27,702 nt of DNA from a virus (taxonomy: Duplodnaviria > Caudoviricetes). The stretch's first letter is position 1, and every line of letters begins with the position of its first letter. The notes beneath the pieces are model-generated. The model did not search any database. It had not been told where the DNA came from and saw nothing but the letters and a program-made list of their open reading frames with translations. Position numbers and translations under genes: made by a program. Of this stretch, positions 15,096 to 25,800 are shown piece by piece. The stretch spans positions 1-27,702 of IMG/VR virus record IMGVR_UViG_3300011417_000023; one strand, written 5' to 3'.

Positions 15096-17023
15096 CGCAC
15101 GGGGCAGGAGCCTCCACCGCAGTCGGCGTCGAAGGGAACCGGATCCTCGCCCATGCGGTTGCCCAGCGGGACGCTGAGGTCAAGTCCGGCGGTCAGCTGC
15201 TCGTACCGGTGTTCGGTGATCGCCTCGTAGGGCATCAGTGGCCAGTTCCCCTCATCGTAGAGGTTGAACGACACACTCTTCACCTGGGTGTCGAAGTTGG
15301 ACTCGAGCCACGTGCGGATCTCGTGCAGCTCTTCACGGCGGTACGACACGGTAACCGACACCGCATTGTCGGCCCACTCCCGCTGCAGCCGCGCCATGAC
15401 CTCGAGCTGCTCGAGTGCGGACTGCTTGCTGATGAGCGGCACACCGTCCGGCGTCCAACACGGGAACTCGACGACGAGCTTGCTCCGATTCTCCCGCCCG
15501 TCGAGGCCGACGTCGTAGCAGACGTGGTACCCCCGCCGACGACACACATCAACGAGATCGTCGTTCACACCGAAGCGAACGCGGCGAATGTAGAACTCGG
15601 CGTGTGCGGCGTGTGCACCGGCCGTGACACCCGGCATCAGCGACCAGGAGCCGGACGGCTGGATGGCCGAAAGCTTAATGGACTCGGGCAGGCCGCGCTT
15701 GGCACTCCACCGCCGGTCGAGGTCACGCAGGTACTCGTACCCGTGAGAAAGCCACTCACGCTGCTCGTCGGTGGCCTGCAGGTAGCCCGTGACCGACATG
15801 CCCAGGCGCATGTTCCTGTGGATGATCTCCTGGGATGACTTGTCCGGGTATGGGAGACATGCGGTGGCCTTCTGCAACTTGTACAGCACCGTGATCGCCG
15901 TCTCGAACTCCTCGTAGGTGCGCAGACGCGGCAGACACAGGGTCGCGAGGTTGCACGCCTCCCGTGGTGCCAGCGGAACCTCGCCGCATGGGTTGGTCAC
16001 CAGCACCGACGGGTCGGGCTTGGGTTCACCGACGCGGCCCTCTCGTTGACTTAGGCGCCTGTTGAACAGCCCGTAGGCCTCACCCTTGCCGGTCTCGTAC
16101 GGGATCCAGAACTCGCCCGGGATGTGATCGTACGAGTCGACGACGAGTGTGTTGTTCGAGTGCTCCCGCCACGCGGGAATCGTCTCGCGGTCCCACCGCT
16201 TGGCCCGCAGGAACAGCACGTCGTCGGGGTCACCCATCGCGATCTGCGCACTGCGACGGGCCGAGCCCGCGACGACGAGGCGTCCCACGATGTTGAGGAC
16301 GTCGAGGCAGTCGACGCTGCGGAACTTCTTACCCACCCGCGCCTCGAACACCTCGACGATGTCATCGATGCCGTCGATGAGTGCGGCCGGCCCGGAGGCC
16401 GTTCCGCCGAACGTCTTGAGCGGCGTGCCCTCGGGTCGGATCAGCATGGTGGACCACGTGAAGCCGCGACCCGTGTACAGGTACGCCTTGATGACCATGC
16501 GTAGGACGTTCGACCAACCCTGTCGCTTATCCGGCACGATGTGATCGGCATCGTCGGTGCGCTCGTGTGTGATGGCCTTGTCGAGGTCCCGCACCCGAGG
16601 CAGGTCGTGAATGAGGCTGCGCTCGAGTGAGTACCCAACACCTCCTCCCACCATAAGGCGGTCCATCGCCCAGACGAAGTCATCCACGGTGCTTACGCCC
16701 GTGGCCCAGCAGTTCACCAAGCTGTCACCACCGAACAGGTCGACCATCGGTGTACCGAGCTGCCACAGGGCACGCCCCGAGGGACTAGCCCGCAGCTCGG
16801 ACAGGAGACGGTGTGCATCCGCCGTCTCCTGGTCCGTCCAACCTGGGTCGATCATCAGACCGCCGCCGATGACTCGGTCGACGGTCTCGGGCCAGTTCTC
16901 CCGACGCCCTACGCCCGGCACCTGCCGGGCGTATGTGCGGGCGTAGACGATCTCTCCCATGCCGTTCCAACCCCACTCGGGAGTGGACGCGGGCACGGGC
17001 ACAGCCAGGGTCTGTGTCTGCAT
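15092..17023 (-). CDS. nrdJ: Class II (adenosylcobalamin-dependent) ribonucleotide reductase, monomeric RTPR-like
   Basis: Start moved to ATG 17023 (643 aa). VYARTY-x-R...E-x-W-x-ETV-x-RV, SPSGR, NC, GGGVG, RRSAQI, catalytic TNPCGE, CNL, QPSG and C-terminal redox pair DCGGGSCPVR. Confidence 0.93.
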   Translation of the reverse strand: MQTQTLAVPVPASTPEWGWNGMGEIVYARTYARQVPGVGRRENWPETVDRVIGGGLMIDPGWTDQETADAHRLLSELRASPSGRALWQLGTPMVDLFGGDSLVNCWATGVSTVDDFVWAMDRLMVGGGVGYSLERSLIHDLPRVRDLDKAITHERTDDADHIVPDKRQGWSNVLRMVIKAYLYTGRGFTWSTMLIRPEGTPLKTFGGTASGPAALIDGIDDIVEVFEARVGKKFRSVDCLDVLNIVGRLVVAGSARRSAQIAMGDPDDVLFLRAKRWDRETIPAWREHSNNTLVVDSYDHIPGEFWIPYETGKGEAYGLFNRRLSQREGRVGEPKPDPSVLVTNPCGEVPLAPREACNLATLCLPRLRTYEEFETAITVLYKLQKATACLPYPDKSSQEIIHRNMRLGMSVTGYLQATDEQREWLSHGYEYLRDLDRRWSAKRGLPESIKLSAIQPSGSWSLMPGVTAGAHAAHAEFYIRRVRFGVNDDLVDVCRRRGYHVCYDVGLDGRENRSKLVVEFPCWTPDGVPLISKQSALEQLEVMARLQREWADNAVSVTVSYRREELHEIRTWLESNFDTQVKSVSFNLYDEGNWPLMPYEAITEHRYEQLTAGLDLSVPLGNRMGEDPVPFDADCGGGSCPVR

Positions 17024-17073
17024 GGGTTGACTTCCTAGGGGTGAGGGTGGCTTGCTTGGACCTACGGGGTGGG

Positions 17074-17511
17074 CTAGACCGGAGGCTCGACGACGGGCGG
17101 CGTGTTCGCGATCACGGCATCCTTGAGGGTGCCACTCGAACCGCGAAGTGCGGCGGCTGCCTCGTTGAGCGCGGCCTGGACGGCCGGCTCCTGGGCAACC
17201 TGCGCGGCGAGCTCGTCGATCTTGTCGGCGAGACCCTCGATGAGGGTGACGGCCGACTGGTCGACCGTGGTGTTCTCCTCGACGGCGGCGGTCAGTTCGG
17301 TGAAGTCGATTGCCATTTGGTCCTCCAGGACGTTGACGGAATGTGCAAGTGAGAATGTTCCGAGGGTTAGTGCCGCGAGCTGCGCACGGAACGCCTGCAG
17401 CTCGGCAACCACGTCGGCACCGGGTGCCGCGTGGAAGTGGTAGTTGTAGTTCACGGTGAGGTTGGGACTGGGCATGGGGGGCCAGACCTCCTCGGGCTGT
17501 ATGTCGCTCAC
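17074..17511 (-). CDS. Hypothetical coiled-coil protein
   Basis: 145 aa; GTGA overlap with upstream stop and GGAGG RBS; Ala/Leu/Glu heptad-like C-terminal half (LTAAVEENTTVDQSAVTLIEGLA). Confidence 0.75.
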   Translation of the reverse strand: MSDIQPEEVWPPMPSPNLTVNYNYHFHAAPGADVVAELQAFRAQLAALTLGTFSLAHSVNVLEDQMAIDFTELTAAVEENTTVDQSAVTLIEGLADKIDELAAQVAQEPAVQAALNEAAAALRGSSGTLKDAVIANTPPVVEPPV

Positions 17512-18200
17512 GGTGTACCTCCGTACCCGGTCTTGGGACCGGTGTACCCGGCCTCGTCGGGGAAGGCAAGCTCGGCGACCGCGGTGCGCAGCTGATCGGC
17601 GCGGGTGCGGGTCGTCTTGGCATCCTCACGCGCGGAGTGGGCGACCTGGTTGTCGGGGGTCTCCTCGGCGAACTGCCCGCCGGACCGCCGGGTGCGCGCC
17701 ATCTCTAGCCTCTCTGACATACTCAATGACTGCTCCCTGTTCGCGTGATCCACGAGCGCCGCGATGGCATCAGCCTTCGAGTTGATGCCGCCGAACTTCG
17801 GACGAACCTCTGCAGGGTCCGGTCTGCTCGGGTACTGGGGGATCTTCATTCGATCGTTCGACGCCGTGTCTGCCTTCCAGTACTTGGTATAGCCCTTACC
17901 GATCGCGTAGTTCTTACCGGGTGCCATCTTCTGGTACTCACGCTCGGCTTGGTACACACGACCTAGACGCTCACCGTCCTTGGACTTCACCTCGTAGACG
18001 GGCATCTCCCTGCCCTTGTGATCCGTGAGTGTGCTACGTGTGTAGTCGTTCAGCTCGGACGGGTCAAGAGCCTTGGCCTTGACATCGGAGACGGTAAGTG
18101 GCGCCTTCGTCTCTTCGCCGCCACTTCCACCTCCGCCCTCGGATGCAAACCGCCCGTTGTCGTCTCGCTCCTGGTCTTCGGCGGCGAGGGCGGTTACCAC
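17508..18200 (-). CDS. Hypothetical protein carrying the RDDNGRFAS motif; candidate internal head protein
   Basis: Start moved to GTG 18200, overlapping the terminase end (AAGTGGTAA), 230 aa. Begins MVTALAAEDQERDDNGRFASEGGGG, nearly identical to a segment of the protease. Confidence 0.7.
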   Translation of the reverse strand: MVTALAAEDQERDDNGRFASEGGGGSGGEETKAPLTVSDVKAKALDPSELNDYTRSTLTDHKGREMPVYEVKSKDGERLGRVYQAEREYQKMAPGKNYAIGKGYTKYWKADTASNDRMKIPQYPSRPDPAEVRPKFGGINSKADAIAALVDHANREQSLSMSERLEMARTRRSGGQFAEETPDNQVAHSAREDAKTTRTRADQLRTAVAELAFPDEAGYTGPKTGYGGTP

Positions 18201-19555
18201 TTGTCGTATCCTAGCCCAGCGGGCAGGCTGCCGACGGGGACCGCGAGGCCGCCTCCGTGGTAGGTATCGGTGATGAAGGTACACGCCCACACCAGAGCGT
18301 CGAGACGGTCGGGGCTGAAGTAGCCGTTCCCACGCTCACCCGGGACCCAGGTGCACATCTGATCCTCAAGTTCGGGGAAACTGCCTACGTGGGTAACGTG
18401 GCCCGGGCGCTCATAGAGGTAGGCAATGGGCTGCGCCCGCGCCTCCTTACCCTTGCTGGCCCAGACCGGATGCACCGGCATCCAGCGGTAGGCGCGCTTG
18501 AGCGTCTCCTCGACGAGGTCACCGCCGTTGTTCCGCTCGGCCACGACCGCGTCGGCGCGGTAGCGCTTGTAGGCGCGAAGTACCTGCTTCGCCCACTGGG
18601 CGGGGGTACCCTTCATCGACAGGTCATCGATCACGTACAGCTTGTTCTCGTAGTCGAGACCGACGACGACGATTCCCGTCTCGTCCGCATCCTCACCCGA
18701 TGTCACGGCCGGGTCGACGCCGACCACGACGCGACGCATGTCGGGCAACTCGGACACCGTCACACCGTCCTCGGAGAGGGACACGATGCGCTGGGTACGG
18801 TCACGGTCGATCCAGTCACGCAGCCACAGCGCACCCTCGACGTCCTCGAGGATCAGACCCTCGAGCTCTTGACGTCCAAGCTGGGTGTTTGCGTAGCGAC
18901 GCAGCAGGTAGCGCAGGGTGGACTCGGGCAGGTTCGCCGCGTTGTCCGTGGTGCGTCCGCGTGTGACGATGGTGCGTGGGTCGGCGATGAGGTTCTTGAG
19001 CACGGGTAGCGGACGTGGCGTGGTGGTGACCGCGGCCTGCGGGTGGTCACCGAGGCGTAGACCCATGACGAGCATGTCCCACGTCTCCTGTGGGTACCGG
19101 TGTGCGGCGAACTCCTCCACCCAGGCGAAGTGATGCTCAGGACCGCGCAGGCGATCGGGTTCGGTGGATGAGTACGGGAAGTATGCACTCCCGTTTCGCA
19201 GCCACACCTGACCCGTGGAGCGGTTGTATCGCTTGATCTCGCGCGGGGGCGTCACGGCCAGGATGCCCGACGGCCCCTCGATGCAGACGTCGCGGACCAC
19301 ACCGTGCGTCGGGCCGACGACGGCGATGCGGGTGTTGGGAACCTTCGCCCGCTTCTTCGCCTCCTCCGACGCGCTTCGCGTCTTGCCCGTGCCGCGACCG
19401 GCCAGGTACACCCACACGTCGCAGTCCTCGGTGGGAAAGCGCTGCTCCTCGCGTGACCACACGTTCCAGTCGTACCTGAGTCGATGCAGAAGCTGCGCCT
19501 TACGTTCACCGTCCCAGGAGCGCCAGTCAACCTCATCGAGGATTAGGTTACTCAC
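18194..19555 (-). CDS. terL: Terminase large subunit
   Basis: Walker A LAGRGTGKT, RLRG..Walker B FAWVEE, TTTP coupling motif, RQEL-x-G, nuclease VVVGVDPAV...DETG, and D-x2-DALVWA. Confidence 0.96.
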   Translation of the reverse strand: MSNLILDEVDWRSWDGERKAQLLHRLRYDWNVWSREEQRFPTEDCDVWVYLAGRGTGKTRSASEEAKKRAKVPNTRIAVVGPTHGVVRDVCIEGPSGILAVTPPREIKRYNRSTGQVWLRNGSAYFPYSSTEPDRLRGPEHHFAWVEEFAAHRYPQETWDMLVMGLRLGDHPQAAVTTTPRPLPVLKNLIADPRTIVTRGRTTDNAANLPESTLRYLLRRYANTQLGRQELEGLILEDVEGALWLRDWIDRDRTQRIVSLSEDGVTVSELPDMRRVVVGVDPAVTSGEDADETGIVVVGLDYENKLYVIDDLSMKGTPAQWAKQVLRAYKRYRADAVVAERNNGGDLVEETLKRAYRWMPVHPVWASKGKEARAQPIAYLYERPGHVTHVGSFPELEDQMCTWVPGERGNGYFSPDRLDALVWACTFITDTYHGGGLAVPVGSLPAGLGYDKW

Positions 19556-19847
19556 TCGACACCTCGGCCGGGTTGGGTGGTGGATTCAGTGGCTGCGGGA
19601 TCGCGTCACGTGCGGCGGTTCGCGCATCCACCCACTTCTGAAGTTCGACCGGATCGTAGATCTCGAACTCGGGATTGTCCACACGGTGTTCGCGAATGCC
19701 CTGCGCGTTCTCACCGAACGTGGTGGGCTCGGTCCCGGGTACGACCTCGTCCTCAGTGAGGAAGGTCTCGAACGGGCTCGTGAAGAACTCGTCCTCGACC
19801 TCCTCGATCGTCTTCTCTTGCTTCTTGCGCTTCTTCCTAGGCGGCAC
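19548..19847 (-). CDS. Hypothetical protein upstream of terL
   Basis: Start moved to GTG 19847 (GGAGG 6 nt upstream), 99 aa: basic N-terminus MPPRKKRKK then acidic. Position fits a terminase small subunit but I see no recognisable motif. Confidence 0.6.
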   Translation of the reverse strand: MPPRKKRKKQEKTIEEVEDEFFTSPFETFLTEDEVVPGTEPTTFGENAQGIREHRVDNPEFEIYDPVELQKWVDARTAARDAIPQPLNPPPNPAEVSSE

Positions 19848-22800
19848 GAACTTCCTCCAGCAGTCTCCGCAGCATAGCCGCCGCGCCGACGACGGTGCCA
19901 CCCTGCAATCCTAGTGCTTCCTGCACATCAAGCACGTCGGCCTGAATGGCAACGAGCTTCATCGGGGCGACCCACTGTCCATTCTCCTGGAACACCTCAC
20001 CGGTCTTCACGAGGATCGTGCCACGGGGGAGCAGAAGTTCCTGCTCACCCGGGTGGGCGTTGCCCGGCTTCCACGCGGCGGGCGTACCCGCGGGAACCTC
20101 GATGCGCATCTGCAACCCGTGTGAGCCCCATCCACCACCGATGCTGGTGGACTGGTAGCCCTGGTCCCGCATGATGCTGCCCACGGGCATCTCACGGATC
20201 TTCTGCTCGTAGGAGCCCAGGCCACCACGGTACGTGACGACGGCCTCGGGCGTGCGCTGCCGCATCAGTGCGGAGTCCAGCGACTGGATCATCGAGTTGC
20301 CGGTGGTGACCTTCGATAGGTCGCCCTTGGCGCTTCGCAGCGCGCCGTTCACGGTGCTGTAGTGACCGTCACCGTACTTGTACAGCGCGCTCCACTCACT
20401 CGCGGTGTACCGCGGCTTGCCACCAGCGGTGCCGAACGCCTTGTTACCCCACGCCTCGACCGCGCTGTGACCCTGCGCGCGTGGCACGGTCGCGTTGTTC
20501 GTAGGCTGGTCACCGAGGAACACACCACCCTGCGGAATCGGCGTGATCTGCGGAGCGATGGTCTTACCGGTCGCCGTCGTCTGCTGGGCGAGCGCGACCT
20601 TCTGCTCATCGCTGACGACGACCTTCGACCATCCGCTGGTCTGGTAGTTCTTCTCACCGAAGGTGTACACGACCCGAGTCGTCTCTTGCCCGTGTGGGTT
20701 GATGCCCTTGAGGATCGTAAGCACACCATCGTGCATCACGTAGCGAGAGTAGCCGGACACCGCGATGTCGGGAGCCTTGGACGTCCCGTACTTGGCACTC
20801 TCGATCGCCTTGCGGTCCGCATCGGTGAGCGGGCCGTTCACGTGCTTCACGAACTTGGCGTTCCCGATGTTCTGGTTCAGCAGGGCGAGGCGCTTGTACT
20901 CACGGGACCCGGCCTTCAGACTCTTACCGAACGCGTCCTTCGTCTGGTACGACCCGGGCTTAGGCATCACGCCCGCGCCCTCCTTCGATACCTGCTGCCC
21001 GACGACCGGTACCGGAGACGGTGCGGGCTGCGGCGCGGGCGTAGGCGGGGGCGTGAACTTGAGAAAATCCTCAGATGACATCATTTTCGTGTTGCCGAGC
21101 GCCTGGTAGTCCACGTTCATCTGCATGGGAGGTGGCGCCTGCCAGATCTTCGTCGCGCCGTTACGGTCCAGCTCGCTCAACTTCTCGACCACGGCACCCG
21201 CGGCGTTGAGGGTAAGCACGGTATTTCCAACCTGGAACTTCGAGGTCGGAAAGCCGTTCGCATCCTTCCCGTGCCACTCTGTTGTCGCCGCGCCCTTCTT
21301 TACCTGGGCGATGAGCTGGCGCGCTTCACTTGTGGGCTTCACCGCGTAGGTTGGAAACTTGCCCACACCCGTCTTCGGGTTCCAGTCCTCAACGATGCCA
21401 CTCTTGGGATCGCCGTACACCTTGCCCCCGAGTGCGTTGGTGGTGAAGGACTGAGATGCTGTGGCCTGCATCAGGTTCAGCTTGTCGAGGTTGTCGAGTG
21501 GGTTGGGATCATTCGGATCAAGGCCGGCGTTGGCCCATACCTGGCCCGAGGCGACGCCGTACTGCAGGGCGGTCAAGGCAATGACATCCTGCGTGTGCAA
21601 CTCACTGGAGTGGATGAGTGTATCCATCGTCTTGATGAACTGCTCGTCATTCATCGTACCGCCGGTCGCGAGTGTTGCTGCGCCGCTGTGATGCGTACCC
21701 AGCGTCTCTAGTGCAGATGCTACATCGGGTGCGTAGAGATCTAGGCTCGCCGCCTGGGTCTCGACCGCATTCTTGTAGTTCGTCCACGGTGAAACGTCGT
21801 GCGCATCAAGCTTCGCCTGCAGGTCACCGGCTGCGTTTGAGGTGGTGTTGAGTGCGGCCTGCGCCTGGGAGACACCCGCCTGCATCGGGGGAAGGACTGC
21901 GCCCATCGGGTAGATGCTGTGCTGCAGGTCGAAGAGAACGGACTGCACGTCGAGGTTGGGCACGATCGTCGCACCGCCGAGCTGGTGGTGCACGATGTCG
22001 TTCGCCTGGCCGCTGGTGATCTTGCCGTCCACCAGGGCGTTGTGTACGGCGGCCCAGCCCTGCGTGGTGAGCGCCCCACCCTTCAGCGCCTCGACGACGC
22101 TCTTGTCGGTGGTGTACTCGGTCGCGACCGTGGTATACGCGGCGGACGCGGCCTTTGCGAGTGGGCCCGGGACCTTGTCGTCACCGACGCCCGGAGGCTT
22201 GGCGCCGAAGGTAGGAGGCATGTTACCCGCGTCGGTGGCGATCTCGGCGGCCTTGGCGAGTGCCTCGTTGAAGCTACCTACCTTGTCGTAGTCGTCGAAT
22301 CCGGCGGCGAGGATCTCGTAGACGGCGACGCGCTCCGACGCGGTCAACTTGTGCTGATCGCTGATGACGGCCGCGAGGGTCTGCGGGGTAAGCTTTCCCT
22401 GTTCGTACGCGGTGAGCATCTTCAACGTCGCATTGCCGTTGAACTTCGACTCACCCAACACCGCAGCGGCGATGACGACGGGTGGAATGCCCGAGGAGGG
22501 GTCGAGCAACGCGGCGTACCCGTCCTGCAGGAAGCCGTACTTACCCGAGACCGCAACACTCAGCTTCGTGATGTCACTGGCGAGTTCCTGCGCCTCGGCC
22601 GAGGGTGGGGCGAAGGTCACACCCGTGGAGGGGAAGTTCTGTCCCGCATCCTGCGCGGGCTCGGATGCGAAGGCGAGTTGCTCGAGCGTCTGCTCGACGC
22701 TTGTGTAGGTATCCTCGTAGCCCTGCACGTTCTGGTGGTTGAGGATCGATGCCACCTGGTCGTAGTCAATGAGGTCGGACTGCAGGGCACCGTGCAGCAT

Positions 22801-25800
22801 GCTCCACGCGACCGGGCTGATCATCGCACCATGCTTGGCACTCTCGAGCGCGTCGGTCAAGATCTTGTTGCCGGCGGAGTTGGCGATCAGATGATCGTAG
22901 GTCAACGCCGTCAAGCCGCCCGCGGCTTTCGTGGGGCCCGCGTAGAAGTCCTTGGGAGCGGGAGGGGTGAAGTCGATGGGGCCGACGGATTGCAGCTCGA
23001 GGGGGGTCTGCCCGGGAAGACCCGCGCCCGCGTCGAACTCGGGTGGGATCGGGGTCTCGGCGTTCGCCTGCGCCTCGAGGACGATGCTCGACGGTGTCAA
23101 GCCGGCCTCAAGCTGCTCGACGAAGGCGTCGGCGTTACTGGCGATGTAACCCTCGGGTGCCTCCTGCCCGCCGGCCAGCTGGTACGCGAGTAGGCCCGCG
23201 ACCTCATCATCGGTGAGGATGCCGCCCATGCGCATCTCATCGATGGTGTCCCACTGCTCAAGGTTGAACATTGCCTCGCCCGTCCACGCCGCCGCGACCG
23301 CAAGCGGCTCGGGTGCGGGGGCGTCGGGGTCGTTGGCGAGGTCCCACAACTTCTGGAACCCACCCGCGGTACCCACGGGAATCGCGCCGAAGGTCATCGC
23401 CTCCTGCACCTGTTCGAAGAAGGCCATGTTGCCCGGGTCGTCGGTGACGTAGAAGCTCGCGTTGGGATACCCGCCCGCAGCACCCGGGCCCAGCTCGTTG
23501 TGTGTGGCCTGGGCGAACTCCTCCAGCTCAGTCCACGTGTTCAGCCCGGATGCGGCCATGTCGATGAGGACGGTCGGATCGGTAGGCGGGTACCGGTCCG
23601 CGAGGATGGACATGCCCTCGACGACGGTAAGGGAGCCGTTGACGTACATCTCCTTGATCGTCGCCCACTCCTTGGGCGTGAACTCACGCTCACCCAGCAA
23701 CACCTGCGCGATCGGCACGGTGCCTAGGTTGGTCGAGAGAACGGAGTACGCGTCATTGACGCTCGAGCCCGCGCCGAACTTATCGTCGAGGTAGCCCGTG
23801 AACGCCGTGAAGGATCCGAGCGCGGCGGCCTCGGGTGACGTACCCGTGGGCATGATGCTCGGCTCGGGCGTGCCGGGGAACTCGGCGGGCACGCTGGGAT
23901 CCCAGGGCGCGGGAGGGAAGTGTCCCATGTCGCCGTTCATGACGCTCTCGGCCGCGTCGGGGAGCGCCTGCACAAGTGTGCCGCCAAAGTTGGCGAGCCA
24001 CTCACCCGCCTCGAGGGTACTGCCGCCGAAGTACTGGTCGGCGAACATCGCGATCACGCGGTTCTCGCTGATCTCGCCGTCGGCGAGCATCACGGCGACC
24101 TGGTTCCACTGGTCTTGGTTGAACGTCGCCTCGTCGTTGACGACCGCCGCGATCGCGAGGGGTGTGAAGAGGGCGTCGGCGTCCTCGCTAACGAGCTGCC
24201 CGTACCCACCGCCGGCGGCCGTGCTGATCGTCCCGTTGTCCTCGGACACGATCAGCAGGGAGTACACACTCTCCCCGGCCATCGCGTAGGTGTGCGCGCT
24301 TAGGGTGGGCGTCTGCGCCTCGGACGGAACGACCGTCGCGGTGATGATGCCGGAGGCCGGGCCGTTGAGCACGCCCGTCGCGTAGGGTGGAGCGTCGGGC
24401 GTGAGGGACGCAAGAACGTTGGAGAGGTTGGTGGAGAAGTACTGCGCGGAGGTAATCGCACCGAGGTCGACACCGGCGAGCTTGAACTGCTCACCCACGA
24501 GAGTGGATGCGGCCTCGAGGGAGAGAGTGCCGTCCGCTACCTGGGCCGCGACGAACTCCCACGTGTTGGCCGAGAAAGACGCCTGCCCGGTCGCGACGGC
24601 GGCAAGCTCACCCTGCGGCGCCCCGTACGCCAGCAGGGTCATCAGTCCCGCGGCGGCCGCGGGTGGAATGAGGCCCGCCTTCGAGTCAGCGAGTACACCC
24701 TGGATGAACGCGGTCTTGTCCGTCGCGTAGGAGAGGGTCTTCTCACTCGCGTCGGGAACCGAGGGCGTGGGAGACGCCGCCAGTGCCGCTGCCTCGGCGG
24801 CCGCCGCGTACGACGCGTCCGCAACCTTGCCCGCGAGTGTGTCGGCCATCTGCTCGGTGGACGTCGCCTCCTGCACCGCGGCGTGAGGCTCGAGGGTGGT
24901 GGAGAGCTTGCCGTGCGGCACAAGCTCGTACAGGTGGCCCTTCCCGTCCGGGTTGGGCGTGACGACGAGCTCCTTGAACTTGCTGCCCGGGTACGCGTAC
25001 ACCGTCTGCTTGCCGTAGTTGACCGCGGAGGCGACGGACTTCGCACCCTCGGGTGTGTTCTTCAACTTGTTGAGGGCGTACGCGACGGCCTGACTCTTGG
25101 TGGGGCCACTGTTGAGCAGGCTCTTGATCGGGCCCGCGCCCGGGTTGGCCGCAGCTTGCTGGGCGGCTGCATCCGCGTCCGCCGTCTGGATCGCGGGGGT
25201 CTGGCCGGACTCGTCGACCGCGCCGGGTGTGTCACAGGGCACGAACTGCCCACCGTCCGGGGTGCCCGCGGGCATGTGACACGCCGCCGCGACGAGGGCG
25301 ATGATGCGCTGGGCACGCGCGGGCGAGGTGCGAAGCGCGAAGGGTTCCTCGAGGAGCTTGGTAACGAGGGATGGGATCTGCTCCTGGCGCTCACGCAGGG
25401 TGTCCGCCCACTTCTGAGATGTAAGGTCGCTGATGCCCGCGTCACGCCAGCTCGCCCGCACGTCATCGAGGTCAATGAGTGCGGCGCGCATAAGTGAGGC
25501 CGCCGCGGCCTTGTCCGTCATCTGACCGTACATGGCCTTGCCCTGCTCGGACGTTCGCATACTCTGGGGTTCAACCCACGGCTTGCCCGGTGCGAAGGAG
25601 TCCTTGGGATCGCCCATGGCGCGGTAGGCCATCGCACCCCCGGACTCGATGCGAACGGGGATGCCGTCGGGTGTGACGAGCGTGTTGTCGGCGTTGAGTC
25701 CGTGCACGTCCCAGTGGGAGAGCAGCGCGTCCACCCCGAAGTTCTTCGCGGCCTCAGCCTGCACCTCGGGATGTTGGTTCCACCACGAGGCCGACCGTTG

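Noticed and set aside
17034-17072. Short CACCCC(G)TAGG direct repeat upstream of nrdJ, similar to 3259-3272
   Set aside because: Too short and GC-rich to distinguish from chance; the 3259 copy is explained by the RBS hairpin.
17024-17629. 202-aa N-terminal extension of the 845-aa RNR ORF
   Set aside because: Arg/Pro/Gly-rich off-frame read-through overlapping two better-supported genes; RNR motifs begin after ATG 17023.
19105-19135. Terminase Walker B reads VEE rather than xDE
   Set aside because: EE variants occur in functional terminases and all other motifs are intact.
19821-19847. PPRKKRKK resembles an SV40-type nuclear localisation signal
   Set aside because: Basic N-termini are common in phage nucleic-acid-binding proteins; nothing here suggests a eukaryotic context.
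19548-19847. Calling this ORF the terminase small subunit
   Set aside because: Supported by position only; no HTH or TerS-like pattern visible.
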